Assembly (NCBI GenBank): GCA_028286645.1
Contig: JAQBRF010000002.1
Location: 1 to 56,517 of the forward strand
Length of the DNA stretch: 56,517 bases
Reading direction: 5' to 3'
From: Candidatus Nomurabacteria bacterium
GTDB taxonomy: Bacteria > Patescibacteriota > Minisyncoccia > Phycocordibacterales > UBA5272
Shown here: in pieces, positions 42,920 through 52,367 of the stretch
Layout of the letters: each line of letters begins with the position of its first letter
How positions within the stretch are numbered: the stretch's first letter is position 1
Translations under genes and position numbers: made by a program
Notes under the pieces: generated by a model
Told to the model about the DNA's origin: nothing
The model's database searches: none
What the model saw: the letters and a program-made list of their open reading frames with translations, nothing else

Positions 42920-43324
42920 TTACCTCTGAGGCTTATCTATTAAATGCTTGATCTGATCTCGCGGATCATAACTTGCCCTCACCACCTCGCGGGCCCAGAT
43001 ACGGAATTCTTTCCCCCACTCTCCTTTGACGCGGAATCCGAGCGCGATTACTACATCTGCATTATATACGTATACTTTCCTTTCAACTTTTTTCTTACCT
43101 TCTGTTTGAGTAATCATTAAGGCTCGTTCGCTTGATGCTTTCATCAGTTCTCTTTCTCTATAAATCTTTTTTAAATGATCGTTTATTGTGGGAATGCTGC
43201 GCCCATAAATCCGAGCAATTCTTTTTTGAGTGCTCCAAACTTCTTCGTCTAAAATAAACACCCCTTCTTTTACAAGTTTAGGGAATTGATCTATATGGAT
43301 GCGAGGAAGAGCGGATTCTGACAT
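42920..43324 (-). CDS. RhuM-family protein, short (N-terminal region only)
   Basis: WSTQKRIARIYGRSIPTINDHLKKIYRERELMKAS...YNADVVIALGFRVKGEWGKEFRIWAREVV parallels the RhuM pattern ...TINEHLKNIF...YNLDAIISVGYRVNS..ATQFRIWAT (from memory). At 134 aa it is much shorter than typical members. Confidence 0.55.
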   Translation of the reverse strand: MSESALPRIHIDQFPKLVKEGVFILDEEVWSTQKRIARIYGRSIPTINDHLKKIYRERELMKASSERALMITQTEGKKKVERKVYVYNADVVIALGFRVKGEWGKEFRIWAREVVRASYDPRDQIKHLIDKPQR

Positions 43325-43339
43325 GAAAAAAGTATAACA

Positions 43340-43783
43340 CTAAGGCGTACCTTTCAATTCATTCCTTAATTTCATCCAGATTTTTCCTAAGTTATTTTGT
43401 CCGTCTTTATTCGGGCCCCAGCCCCAGAAAGCGTCCCTATAAGACTCTTCAATGATTTCTCTTTCCCCGCTATCTCTTAACTTTTTCTGTACATATTCAT
43501 GCTGCGTAATCTTGGCACGAATAATATCTTCCATAATTTCGAGTTTCTGACTTTTTAAACTGGCGTCCATTTTTTCTTCATGGCGATGTGCGATTCTGTA
43601 AGCCTCGTCAGCAGACCTGGCATTTCTTATTTCTTCTTGGATCATCTCATCTGTAAATTTAGAAGCTTGGTATGCGTGCTCTACCGTCATCCATAATTTC
43701 CCTCTCCACTCAACGACAAAAGAAGAGAAATTAGAAAATATATAAAACTCACTTTCATAAAACAAAATTGGTGAATCTTTCAT
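43340..43783 (-). CDS. NADAR (YbiA/DUF1768) family protein
   Basis: FYESEFYIFSNFSSFVVEWRGKLWMTVEHAYQASKF, then DAFWGWGPNKDGQNNLGKIWMKLR, are signature NADAR segments. Confidence 0.75.
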   Translation of the reverse strand: MKDSPILFYESEFYIFSNFSSFVVEWRGKLWMTVEHAYQASKFTDEMIQEEIRNARSADEAYRIAHRHEEKMDASLKSQKLEIMEDIIRAKITQHEYVQKKLRDSGEREIIEESYRDAFWGWGPNKDGQNNLGKIWMKLRNELKGTP

Positions 43784-43787
43784 AATA

Positions 43788-44249
43788 TTAATATCCTTCT
43801 GGAGGCTTAGCTTTCTTCCCTAAAAGATTTAAATCTAATTCTTTTATATCCTCTATTATCTTTTCTACATATAATTCAAAAGATTGTTTTTCTCTATCTG
43901 TAAGCTTTTCTAATATGTATTCAACTGTCTTATCAAAATTATTTTTAAACTTTACATTTAAATCTTTCCACGGCACCCCTTTTAATAGCTCTCCTAGATT
44001 TTCATCATATTCTAATACCCCCACTTTCATAAGATAGGCAATTGCCGGATATCCTAAGTCCCCTTTCCAGTAAGATGAATTATCATTACACATGATGGCA
44101 TTTTTGGACGCGTCGTACGAAATATCATAGAATTTATTCCCGCTTGAAGAATAAACTTTAGCTTCGTCTCCAGATACTTCTATACGCTTATCCGCTACTA
44201 CTCCTAAAGCCTCATAAACTTTGGGTTTACCGGGGATTTTCCATTTCAT
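43788..44249 (-). CDS. Hypothetical protein co-oriented with NADAR
   Basis: 153-aa ORF whose stop lies 4 nt upstream of the NADAR start. No family recognised. Confidence 0.45.
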   Translation of the reverse strand: MKWKIPGKPKVYEALGVVADKRIEVSGDEAKVYSSSGNKFYDISYDASKNAIMCNDNSSYWKGDLGYPAIAYLMKVGVLEYDENLGELLKGVPWKDLNVKFKNNFDKTVEYILEKLTDREKQSFELYVEKIIEDIKELDLNLLGKKAKPPEGY

Positions 44250-44264
44250 TTTAGTAAGTATACC

Positions 44265-44855
44265 TTAGAGCAAACTTTCTTCTACTAGTGGCTTTTTTGA
44301 TCTTTCCCGAGTAATAAGCCAGATAAAAATAATGATGGCGAAAAAGAAAAATATGAATCTGCTTGTTTGCGTTAAATACTTTTCAATTGTCTGATAATAT
44401 TGCCCGAAGTAGTATCCTATTACCATATAAAATACGGCCTTCGGAATTGAAACAATTATCATACTTATAACATACTTCCTAAAATCATATTTAGTCATTC
44501 CCGCAGCCATCATAATGATAAACACTGGCGCCTGCATAAATTTACCTATAAGGATGGTTTTACCTAAATGTCTATCAGTATGATTCTTCGTTTTTTCTAA
44601 TCTTTCTGCGGTAAGCCCCAGCCTTTTACCATACTTTGCAACTAGTTTTTTTCCCCCCTTCCTTCCAATCCAATAATACATAATATCTCCTAACACATCT
44701 CCTCCTACCACCACTAGGAAAACCAGATAAATATTTAAAGTTCCGAGGGAAGCCAGAAAACTAGAAACCACCGTAGCTATAGGTCCCTCAAATGTTACGA
44801 TGGGGAGTAATAACCAATACTTATACGTTATTATTAAATAATAAAAGTATTCCAT
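44265..44855 (-). CDS. DedA/SNARE-associated family membrane protein
   Basis: 196 aa. FEGPIATVVSSFLASLG...GDVLGDIMYYWIGRKGG...IGKFMQAPVFIIMMAAG are typical DedA motifs. Confidence 0.7.
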   Translation of the reverse strand: MEYFYYLIITYKYWLLLPIVTFEGPIATVVSSFLASLGTLNIYLVFLVVVGGDVLGDIMYYWIGRKGGKKLVAKYGKRLGLTAERLEKTKNHTDRHLGKTILIGKFMQAPVFIIMMAAGMTKYDFRKYVISMIIVSIPKAVFYMVIGYYFGQYYQTIEKYLTQTSRFIFFFFAIIIFIWLITRERSKKPLVEESLL

Positions 44856-44892
44856 TAAAGTTTAGTGTACAGCATGAATTATGAAGAAATAA

Positions 44893-45474
44893 TTAAGTCC
44901 TTCTCGACTTCTGTAATGCAATGATTGAAAATGCCAAAGAGACTAAACTTAAAATAAGAGGAAGCGTGGAACTAGAGTCTTTCTTGGTCTCTATTAAATC
45001 ATTAATAACTTCAGTCTTGGAATATGGCCCGCTCTTAGAAAGATCGGAGCCCCCATCTTTATTCGGCTGAGCATCAGCATCCAAATCCCATGAAATTATT
45101 GATCCGTCTTTATATGTTTGATATGCCTTCCACTGTATGTTAGTTGTAGATATTGGCGCTTTAGCACTAAATAAGAAATCATCTCGCTCTCCTGCTGGGA
45201 TATTCCCTCCTGTCCAATCTATTTCCGTGATCTTGCCTTCGGAATTTTTCTTAACTTCAATTCTCCAGCCCGGTTTAACATTTGGAGTCACATAATCTAA
45301 CCCCGAAGGGATAAGAAGCTTAAGTGAGACTGTAGGGATACTTTTTTCTGAAGGGACCCCTATTGTAAAGGTTTGAAACATTCCTATTCCCACTTTATTT
45401 GGCGTCACTACAACATGGGCAAAAGCAGTAAAAGACAAAGCAAGAAGCGGGAGGGCAAGTAGAAGTTTTTTCAT
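44893..45474 (-). CDS. YcnI-family (DUF1775) copper-binding surface protein
   Basis: Signal peptide followed by AHVVVTPNKV... (N-terminal His brace context), ITEIDWTGGNIPAGERDDFLFSAKAP, and a C-terminal TM anchor. Confidence 0.7.
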   Translation of the reverse strand: MKKLLLALPLLALSFTAFAHVVVTPNKVGIGMFQTFTIGVPSEKSIPTVSLKLLIPSGLDYVTPNVKPGWRIEVKKNSEGKITEIDWTGGNIPAGERDDFLFSAKAPISTTNIQWKAYQTYKDGSIISWDLDADAQPNKDGGSDLSKSGPYSKTEVINDLIETKKDSSSTLPLILSLVSLAFSIIALQKSRRT

Positions 45475-45476
45475 AA

Positions 45477-45983
45477 TTATTTATGCCTCCTATTATATAT
45501 AAATAGGAAAGCTATTAATAGCAGAGCCGCAATTATAAGGTAAATTTCATACTTTGGCGCTGAGTCTTGGTTATTTGCTCCTTCGACCCGCTTATCAAAT
45601 ATTATATTAAATGCCTTAAAGTCACCGCCTGATTTTGGCACTCCGCGTACTGATATTTGGTATATTCCCGCGTGCGGAAAGACCTCGTGTACAGTTGCGC
45701 TTGACTCGCCTTTTAAAAAGATCTTGGTGTTTAAAATATCCTTTCCTCCATCTGTAACAGATAAAGAACAGTCGCAATTATTTGAATTGAAAAATCCCCT
45801 GCTGTCGCTTAGTAAAATTAAAAGCTCTGAATTTTCTTCTGCTTTCGGATCGTCATTTGGATTAATATGCAAAAAAGCAGAAATAGTTCCATCGTACTTT
45901 ACTTCATGAGCAAATACATGATCATACGATAAAAAGTAACTACACAAAAAAAGCATCCCCACAGCCATAATTAGCCTATTCAT
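45477..45983 (-). CDS. Hypothetical secreted protein with C-terminal TM, upstream of ycnI-like gene
   Basis: Signal-like N-terminus ending FAHEVKYDG, a beta-rich middle, and a C-terminal anchor. Its stop lies 2 nt before the YcnI start. TATACT lies 6 nt before the ATG. Confidence 0.45.
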   Translation of the reverse strand: MNRLIMAVGMLFLCSYFLSYDHVFAHEVKYDGTISAFLHINPNDDPKAEENSELLILLSDSRGFFNSNNCDCSLSVTDGGKDILNTKIFLKGESSATVHEVFPHAGIYQISVRGVPKSGGDFKAFNIIFDKRVEGANNQDSAPKYEIYLIIAALLLIAFLFIYNRRHK

Positions 45984-46050
45984 ATGATGAGTATATCAAT
46001 GCTTAGAGCAAAAGTATTGTATTTGTAAAACATGATATAATTAAGGTTAT

Positions 46051-46425
46051 ATGGATTTTAAACCTGGCTCAGGAGAGCCTCGACCAGACAAGCTAGAAAC
46101 AGAGTTTGCTTCCGAATTAAAGAATTTATTTATTGATTTAAATAGAAAAGGATACCCACCAGAAGGGAAAGCTCTTGTAGTAGATTTTGTTACACGGTTT
46201 ATGGAGGGATTAGGACGTCCTCCGTATGCAGAAATTAGTGATGCTTTTCAATTAATTTGTAACATGACAAACCCTTACGCCCCCGAAGAAGAGCTCTACA
46301 AAGATGTAAAGTATGGAGCATCAAACTTAGTGGCAGAAGCATATGAGCAAATTTGGAATATCAATGCGGCCGAAAAAGAAACTAAGAGTGTCTTAAAGAA
46401 TACTTCCCAGCCTGAAATACATTAA
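46051..46425 (+). CDS. Hypothetical soluble protein
   Basis: 124-aa ORF with TGaTATAAT 9 nt upstream. No family recognised. Confidence 0.45.
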   Translation: MDFKPGSGEPRPDKLETEFASELKNLFIDLNRKGYPPEGKALVVDFVTRFMEGLGRPPYAEISDAFQLICNMTNPYAPEEELYKDVKYGASNLVAEAYEQIWNINAAEKETKSVLKNTSQPEIH

Positions 46426-46525
46426 CTCACCCCATTCATCGAACAGAGGTTAGCCTTTCACTGATTTAATATTCAAAACAATGAGCTTGTGTCATTGGTA
46501 AATAATTAAATAATGTTTTCAGTGT

Positions 46526-48046
46526 CTAAAGTGTATATAGATCTTTATATTTTTTCTCTATATATTCTATAAAGTAACTGCTGTTTAGCTTTTCGCCCGT
46601 AACTTTTTTAATTAGTTCCCCCGAGGAATATGTTCTTCCTAAAGAATGTATATTTTTCTTTAACCATTCTCCTGCTTCTGTAAACTCACCTTTTGCCATC
46701 TTCTTTTCCATGTTGGGCATCTCTCTTTTCATAATTGCAAAAATTTGTGCAGAATATAAATTGCCTAAGGCGTATGTTGGGAAATAACCAAAAGCCCCGA
46801 TTGACCAATGGACATCTTGTAGCACCCCCAAAGAATCATCTGGCACGTCTACTCCTAAATACTCTTTTACTTTTGCGCTCCAGATAGTCGGAAGATCCTT
46901 TAAATTGATATGACCTTCCATTATTTCCTTCTCTATTTCAAAGCGAATTATAATATGGAGATTATACGTTACTTCGTCTGCCTCGGTTCGGATAAAACTC
47001 GGACTAACTTTATTAATAATTCTATAAAACTCTTCAAGCTTTATGCTTTTATATGGACTTGGAAATTCCTTTTGAACTTTTGGATAAAAGAACTTCCAAA
47101 ACTCAATGCTTTTACCAAACATATTTTCCCATAGTCGGGACTGTGATTCATGGATACCTAAAGATATGTATTCAGCAAGCGGAGTGCCGAAATGTTTTTC
47201 CGGTAGACCCTGTTCATATAATGCATGTCCAGTCTCATGAATAGTGGACCCGAGTGCGTACATTAAATCATTTTCTTTATATCTGGTAGTTATGCGAACA
47301 TCTTGCATATGAGGACTCTCGGTAAATGGATGAGTGCTTATATCTAGCCGACCAGAATTGAAGTCAAAGCCTATTTTCTCCGATACGTACTTATTGAATT
47401 CATACTGCTCGGGTATAGAAAACTTGCCGAGTAACTTTTTTGTATTTACTTTGACTTTCGATTCTTTTATCTTTTGAAGATATGGAATAAGAAAACTCTT
47501 AAGATCTTGAAGTACCGCTTCGACTTCTTTCGTTGTCATGCCGGGCTCATATTCATCAAGAAGCGCATCGTATGATGAATCTTTATATCCGACAAGCTCT
47601 GCTTCCTTTTTCTTCAATTCTACGATTTTAGTAAGCCATGGCAAAAAGGCCTTAAAGTTATTATCCTTTCTAGCCTGAGCCCAAGCGTTTTGCGACTTAG
47701 ATGCGGCTTCAGATAGTTCGCGGACAAAAGACTCTGGAAGTTTCTTTTTTCTTTCAATCTGTTTAAAAACTTCTTTTATGATTATTGCGTCCTTCCCTTT
47801 TATTGATTTAGAGTCTGCTTCTTTTTTTAATTCATTTAATAACCCGTCTCGTTCTATGGCTAAAAACTTTCCATGAATGATTCCAGATAGCAGCGACACT
47901 GCCACAGCTCGAGAGTCTGAGGCATTCTTTGGCATCATAACTTCTTGGTCCCACTTGCTAAGCTTTAATAACGTTTCTAAATGCGCTATTTCTAGCAGTC
48001 TTTCTTTCAGTAAATCAATAGGTTTAGTTTTCATAAGTATGGTCAT
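46526..48046 (-). CDS. Carboxypeptidase Taq (M32) family metallopeptidase
   Basis: HETGHALYEQG (HExxH), HESQSRLWEN, IRTEADEVTYNLHI and DVHWS are M32 signatures. Start placed at Met10 (48046), preceded by TATTAT-N6; the listed ORF starts at a TTG at 48073. Confidence 0.85.
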   Translation of the reverse strand: MTILMKTKPIDLLKERLLEIAHLETLLKLSKWDQEVMMPKNASDSRAVAVSLLSGIIHGKFLAIERDGLLNELKKEADSKSIKGKDAIIIKEVFKQIERKKKLPESFVRELSEAASKSQNAWAQARKDNNFKAFLPWLTKIVELKKKEAELVGYKDSSYDALLDEYEPGMTTKEVEAVLQDLKSFLIPYLQKIKESKVKVNTKKLLGKFSIPEQYEFNKYVSEKIGFDFNSGRLDISTHPFTESPHMQDVRITTRYKENDLMYALGSTIHETGHALYEQGLPEKHFGTPLAEYISLGIHESQSRLWENMFGKSIEFWKFFYPKVQKEFPSPYKSIKLEEFYRIINKVSPSFIRTEADEVTYNLHIIIRFEIEKEIMEGHINLKDLPTIWSAKVKEYLGVDVPDDSLGVLQDVHWSIGAFGYFPTYALGNLYSAQIFAIMKREMPNMEKKMAKGEFTEAGEWLKKNIHSLGRTYSSGELIKKVTGEKLNSSYFIEYIEKKYKDLYTL

Positions 48047-48075
48047 TATTCCATAATATTTACTAAGAGCCAACT

Positions 48076-48726
48076 TTAGAGGGTTAGCCTGCGCTCTTTT
48101 TTAAAGAAGAACCTCGAAATTTCAAAGACACCATAGGCGATAAAAAAAGCTGAAAATACATCGATAGAATAATGTAAATGCCCAAGTATTACTATAACCG
48201 CACCTACAAGAGATGAAAGTAAAAAGAAATAACGCAGATACTTACTTTGCCAAAATATGAGAGCAAGCAGAAATGGATACCCTGCATGCCCTGAAAAGAA
48301 TAAATCATTTCCAGAACTCACAGTAAATAATATTTCTTTCACATGATTTTCATGATGAATATAGTTGTAATACTCAACAGAGGGAGCCGTTAAATGAGTC
48401 ATCACCATAAAAAGCGATCTCACGAAGAAGAAAAGGGCTGTGCTTTCTAAAACAAATGGAATATATTTCGGTTCATAAAATAAAACACCAACCAATATTA
48501 AAATAAAAATAAAAGCTCCTTGGAAAAATATAATGCCCACATTAATTACAGGCAATATATCCAAAAGAAGATCAGGCACGATGTATTGGGAGTAGGTCTT
48601 AGTGTAAGTAGTGGCTATATAAGTAAGAAGCAAACTAATTACAAAAAGACCCACGCTTACTAATAGGTGGAAAAGCACCGCCCTGTCTGTCCAAAACAGT
48701 TTATGTTTAAGTAGGAAATCTTTCAT
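48076..48726 (-). CDS. PAP2_C / sphingomyelin-synthase-like membrane protein
   Basis: Six TM segments, with FFSGHAGYPF and LHYSIDVFSAFF as in the SGH...H-Y-x-x-D-V motif pair of the PAP2 C-terminal family. Confidence 0.5.
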   Translation of the reverse strand: MKDFLLKHKLFWTDRAVLFHLLVSVGLFVISLLLTYIATTYTKTYSQYIVPDLLLDILPVINVGIIFFQGAFIFILILVGVLFYEPKYIPFVLESTALFFFVRSLFMVMTHLTAPSVEYYNYIHHENHVKEILFTVSSGNDLFFSGHAGYPFLLALIFWQSKYLRYFFLLSSLVGAVIVILGHLHYSIDVFSAFFIAYGVFEISRFFFKKERRLTL

Positions 48727-48739
48727 TTTGTACCTCTCT

Positions 48740-49513
48740 TTAAACTACATTCTGCACGTCTTTCCGAGTTCTTGCAATGTATACAACCGTTCCGAGTATT
48801 GCTGCGAGAAAAATAAGGCTTGTCGTTGTGGTACCCAACCCTAGACCCCCATTATCCTTGGCCTGAGATAAATAATCTCCAAATGATGCTCCAAGCGGGC
48901 GTGTTAGGATATATGCCGCCCAAAAAGCAAAGACTGAGTTTAGGTGCAACTTTTTATATGCCGCATATATAATCGCAATTAATATACCAAACAAAATAAC
49001 AGATACTCCGTAGCCTAAGCCAAAAGATTCTGCAGTTAAATCTCCCGCGGCGGTTCCTAATGCAAAGGTAAACAAAACAGCCAGCCAGTAAAATGATTCC
49101 CGTCGTACTGTATAAATTGTATGAATCGACAAAGTCTTTTCGTAAATATACCAAGCACTAAATATAATTGCTAAGGCTACTGCAAATATAATTGTAGTAG
49201 TTTGTAATGCTACCCCGAAATTATCCACCAAATTATCCGTAATCAGAGTTCCGAATATGCTTATAAGTACTACTGCCAGCCAATAAATGCTCGGTTTATA
49301 TTTATCCGACATAAACTGGAAAAACAAAGTCACGATAAGCAGGATACCCATGATTAACGTAGTGCCCGATAGGCCTAAATTAAGATTGGTATTTAAAAAG
49401 TCCGCCGCAGTTTCCCCTACTGTCGTACATAAGATTTTAATAATCCAGAAATAAACAGTTACTTCCGGCACCTTATTTAGCATCGTGCGTAATTCAGGTG
49501 TTTTCATATTCAA
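48740..49513 (-). CDS. Polytopic membrane protein with internal G-E/T-T/A-x-x-D repeats (paralog 1)
   Basis: TVGETAADFL, LGTAAGDLT and PLGASFGDYL recur after paired TMs. Clear paralog of 49556..50359. Confidence 0.5.
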   Translation of the reverse strand: MNMKTPELRTMLNKVPEVTVYFWIIKILCTTVGETAADFLNTNLNLGLSGTTLIMGILLIVTLFFQFMSDKYKPSIYWLAVVLISIFGTLITDNLVDNFGVALQTTTIIFAVALAIIFSAWYIYEKTLSIHTIYTVRRESFYWLAVLFTFALGTAAGDLTAESFGLGYGVSVILFGILIAIIYAAYKKLHLNSVFAFWAAYILTRPLGASFGDYLSQAKDNGGLGLGTTTTSLIFLAAILGTVVYIARTRKDVQNVV

Positions 49514-49555
49514 AATATAACTAAATTTTATGAAGAAGTTATGAAGATGCCTTTC

Positions 49556-50359
49556 TTATAAGCCCGAATCTAGTTCTTTCCTTCCTCCTCCATGCTCGCC
49601 AGCCCTCTGCGGTAGGATAGCAATTAAAACTCCCACGATAACAAGGAGAACGAGAGAGGCAAGGGGGCGGCTAAAGTTAAGCCCTCCATGAGAGATTGGC
49701 TTATCTAAGAAGTCTCCGAGGGTGGCACCGAGTGGACGAGTAAGAATAAATGCCGCCCAGAATAACCACACGCGCGATATCTGGGTCTTGTAATACATAA
49801 TGGAAAGAATCAAAAGACCTATCCCAAACACAGCAGATGCTTTTAAATATCCAAAGTTATTTGTATCCGCCATCCAATCTCCAAGGGCTGTACCAAGAGT
49901 TTGAGAAAATGTAATTGCGATCCAATAAAATGTTTCTGTCTTTGGAGTGTTAACTGTTTCTACTGAGATTGTGCCGCTTGACCATTTCCATAACCCTAAG
50001 GTTGCAAGTACGCATAAAAGTAAAATGAGAGACCCTCCTGTGTATCCTATGCCTAGGGACCTGTCAAAGAAGTCTGCCATAGTAGTTCCCGCAGTCGTTG
50101 AGGCGATTATAGTTGCCCAATAAAGGCTAGGGTGAAATTTTTTCGCCTTTGTCTGAATAACTATAAGCACGATTAGAATCGTAAGGAAAATCGCAGTACC
50201 TATCAAATAGCCTAAATTAAGAGTCATCGTAACTGCGTCTCCTCCGGTTTCTCCTAAAGTGGTACAGATTATTTTTATAATCCAAAATCCCAACGTTACC
50301 GCGGGAACTTTGCTTATAACTTTTTGTGATATTGAGTTCATATAATTTTGATTTAGCAA
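49556..50359 (-). CDS. Polytopic membrane protein with internal repeats (paralog 2)
   Basis: TLGETGGDAV, AGTTMADFF, LGTALGDWM and PLGATLGDFL. Colinear with 48740..49513 (VPAVTLGFWIIKIICTT versus VPEVTVYFWIIKILCTT). Confidence 0.5.
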   Translation of the reverse strand: MLNQNYMNSISQKVISKVPAVTLGFWIIKIICTTLGETGGDAVTMTLNLGYLIGTAIFLTILIVLIVIQTKAKKFHPSLYWATIIASTTAGTTMADFFDRSLGIGYTGGSLILLLCVLATLGLWKWSSGTISVETVNTPKTETFYWIAITFSQTLGTALGDWMADTNNFGYLKASAVFGIGLLILSIMYYKTQISRVWLFWAAFILTRPLGATLGDFLDKPISHGGLNFSRPLASLVLLVIVGVLIAILPQRAGEHGGGRKELDSGL

Positions 50360-50415
50360 AAAATAATTACCACCTCAATCCTTATAAAGGACTAAAGCAG
50401 TAATTATTTTTATTT

Positions 50416-50673
50416 CTATTGGGTTACTTTTATAGTAGTTGTGCCTGTCGTCTGGTTTTCTGCATTTGGATTAATGGAATTTCCGCTGTCGTCATTTGTT
50501 TCCTCGTCTTGTTGATTATTCATTTGCATCTTTTGTTCTCCCCGCCCCCCTCTTTCTCCTCCATGTTCATGGCCTCCAAATGATCCGATAGCACCCCCTA
50601 TTCCTCCTCCTATAATCGCCCCCACAAGTGCGGCTAAAGTTATAATTGTAACGGTCTTCTTGTCTAGGTGCAT
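50416..50673 (-). CDS. Small secreted/anchored Gly-rich acidic protein
   Basis: 85-aa ORF with N-terminal TM/signal TIITLAALVGAIIGGGIGGAIG, followed by HEHGGERGGRG and an acidic tail containing DEETNDDSGN. Confidence 0.4.
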   Translation of the reverse strand: MHLDKKTVTIITLAALVGAIIGGGIGGAIGSFGGHEHGGERGGRGEQKMQMNNQQDEETNDDSGNSINPNAENQTTGTTTIKVTQ

Positions 50674-50760
50674 GTTTGTTGTAGTTAGTACGTATCATTA
50701 AAGCAACACGTTTCTTTACACTAGCATCCTAGACATGAAGAAATCATGAATTGAGTGTCG

Positions 50761-50985
50761 TTATAAAATGCTTTGTAGTTTTTTCTTTTCCTTTAGCTTC
50801 TTATAACGCAGGCTTCCATGGCTTTTTGTATTATTTGTTGTCTTCCCGTCGCTTAAACTCTGTACTTTTGTAACCTTGGCTACACTTTGTGCTGCAAATG
50901 TCTCGGCAGAAACAGAAAGCATGGTAGCACTAAGACTCACCGCCCCGATAAAAGCCAGAGTTCGCAGTCTTTTATATGGCTTCAT
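50761..50985 (-). CDS. Small secreted basic protein
   Basis: 74-aa ORF with a signal-like N-terminus (LRTLAFIGAVSLSATMLSVSAETFA) and a Lys-rich C-terminus. Confidence 0.35.
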   Translation of the reverse strand: MKPYKRLRTLAFIGAVSLSATMLSVSAETFAAQSVAKVTKVQSLSDGKTTNNTKSHGSLRYKKLKEKKKLQSIL

Positions 50986-50991
50986 AAGTTA

Positions 50992-51303
50992 TTATTGGGT
51001 TATCCCTGCATCATCGTTTGTTTCGGTATCAGTTCCTGCTTGATCCTGTTGAGAACTTTTATTTCCATCATCATTAGTCTCGTTATCTGTGTCCACCGCT
51101 CCTGTCTTATCATCTACTTCAACCCCGCCCTGATCTTTTATGTTATCAGTATCAGTTGCCGAAGTTACAGAAGAAGTTTGTACTGTGGGTGCAGCCGCAA
51201 CTACCGGCGGAACAGACTGTGCTTGCACAGCAAGTCCTATAGATAATGCCGCCCCAGTAATAACTCCTAGTCCAACTAATATACCCGTTTTTTTATTTTT
51301 CAT
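50992..51303 (-). CDS. Small secreted acidic protein with ETNDD repeats
   Basis: 103-aa ORF with signal peptide GILVGLGVITGAALSIGLAVQA, then repeats DTDNETNDDGN and TDTETNDDAG. Confidence 0.4.
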   Translation of the reverse strand: MKNKKTGILVGLGVITGAALSIGLAVQAQSVPPVVAAAPTVQTSSVTSATDTDNIKDQGGVEVDDKTGAVDTDNETNDDGNKSSQQDQAGTDTETNDDAGITQ

Positions 51304-51404
51304 ATGTTTTATATTATGTAAGTTTTTATTAATGTTAATAGTGCTTCATATGCGCCGTATGAAGTACATTAACTATAATGAGTAGACATGAGAAAAAAAT
51401 GAAT

Positions 51405-52367
51405 TTATGAAGGAATTTTAATAATAACCTCTGTCCCTTTATGAACTTCGCTATTAATTACGACGGTTCCTCCGCTTTTCTCTATAATTTCTTTAGTTAT
51501 GGATAGGCCAAGACCGGAACCATTATTATCGCTTCGAGAATGAGATGCTTTATAAAAGCGCTCAAATATATATGGAAGGTCATCCGACGATATGCCTGTG
51601 CCGTTATCTTTAATTGAAAGCTTCAAATGCTTTTTATCTTTACTTAGAACAACATCTATTTGTCCTCCTTCTTGAGTGTAATTAATAGCATTTTGAATAA
51701 CGTTTTGAACCGCTCTCGTTAAAAGACTCTCGTTGATTAAAACTTTTCCGTTTTCTTTTATATTTAAATTCAAATTTATAGACTTTCGAGCAGCCTGATG
51801 GGAAATTCTCGCTACTATCTTTTTTATGCACTCACCCAGATCAATTTGTTCTTTTGAACTTTTTGAATCTGATTCGCTGCGCGCAAGAGTAAGCAGATCT
51901 TCTGTCAAGAAAGACATTGTTTTAATTTCTTCCAGGCCGCTTTTTAACACTTCTTTATACATGTCGGGGTTCTGTGTTTTATTCTGAAGAGCAACCTCCA
52001 TCCCTGTTTTTAAAATAGTAAGAGGAGTACGCAAATCATGAGATGCATCAGCTGTAAACCTTTTTTGCCTGTCCATGGCCTCTTTGATCGGAGAAAGGGT
52101 CCTTCCTGCCAATAAATACCCCAGACTTCCCACAAGAAGAATAATCACTCCATCTGCCAGAAATATGGAAGCTTCTAGCCCGTCCTTAGTTCTTATGAAA
52201 ACTTCATTACGCGTATGATTGTTATCAATAATCTCTTCAAATGAATCTCTAAGATTCTTTTCTAGAGTAGATATAAGCAGCACGCTGAATATGCCCGTAA
52301 CAATAACAGTGCTTATCAAATAATAAACAGTTAACTTTATGCGAGCTCGCTCAAACGGATTATGCAT
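51405..52367 (-). CDS. Two-component sensor histidine kinase
   Basis: Two TMs, H-box FTADASHDLRTPL, N-box NVIQNAINYT, G-boxes DNGTGI and GSGLGLSI. Start placed at the ATG at 52367, which overlaps the regulator stop (ATGCATAA); the listed ORF extends to 52454. Confidence 0.85.
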   Translation of the reverse strand: MHNPFERARIKLTVYYLISTVIVTGIFSVLLISTLEKNLRDSFEEIIDNNHTRNEVFIRTKDGLEASIFLADGVIILLVGSLGYLLAGRTLSPIKEAMDRQKRFTADASHDLRTPLTILKTGMEVALQNKTQNPDMYKEVLKSGLEEIKTMSFLTEDLLTLARSESDSKSSKEQIDLGECIKKIVARISHQAARKSINLNLNIKENGKVLINESLLTRAVQNVIQNAINYTQEGGQIDVVLSKDKKHLKLSIKDNGTGISSDDLPYIFERFYKASHSRSDNNGSGLGLSITKEIIEKSGGTVVINSEVHKGTEVIIKIPS

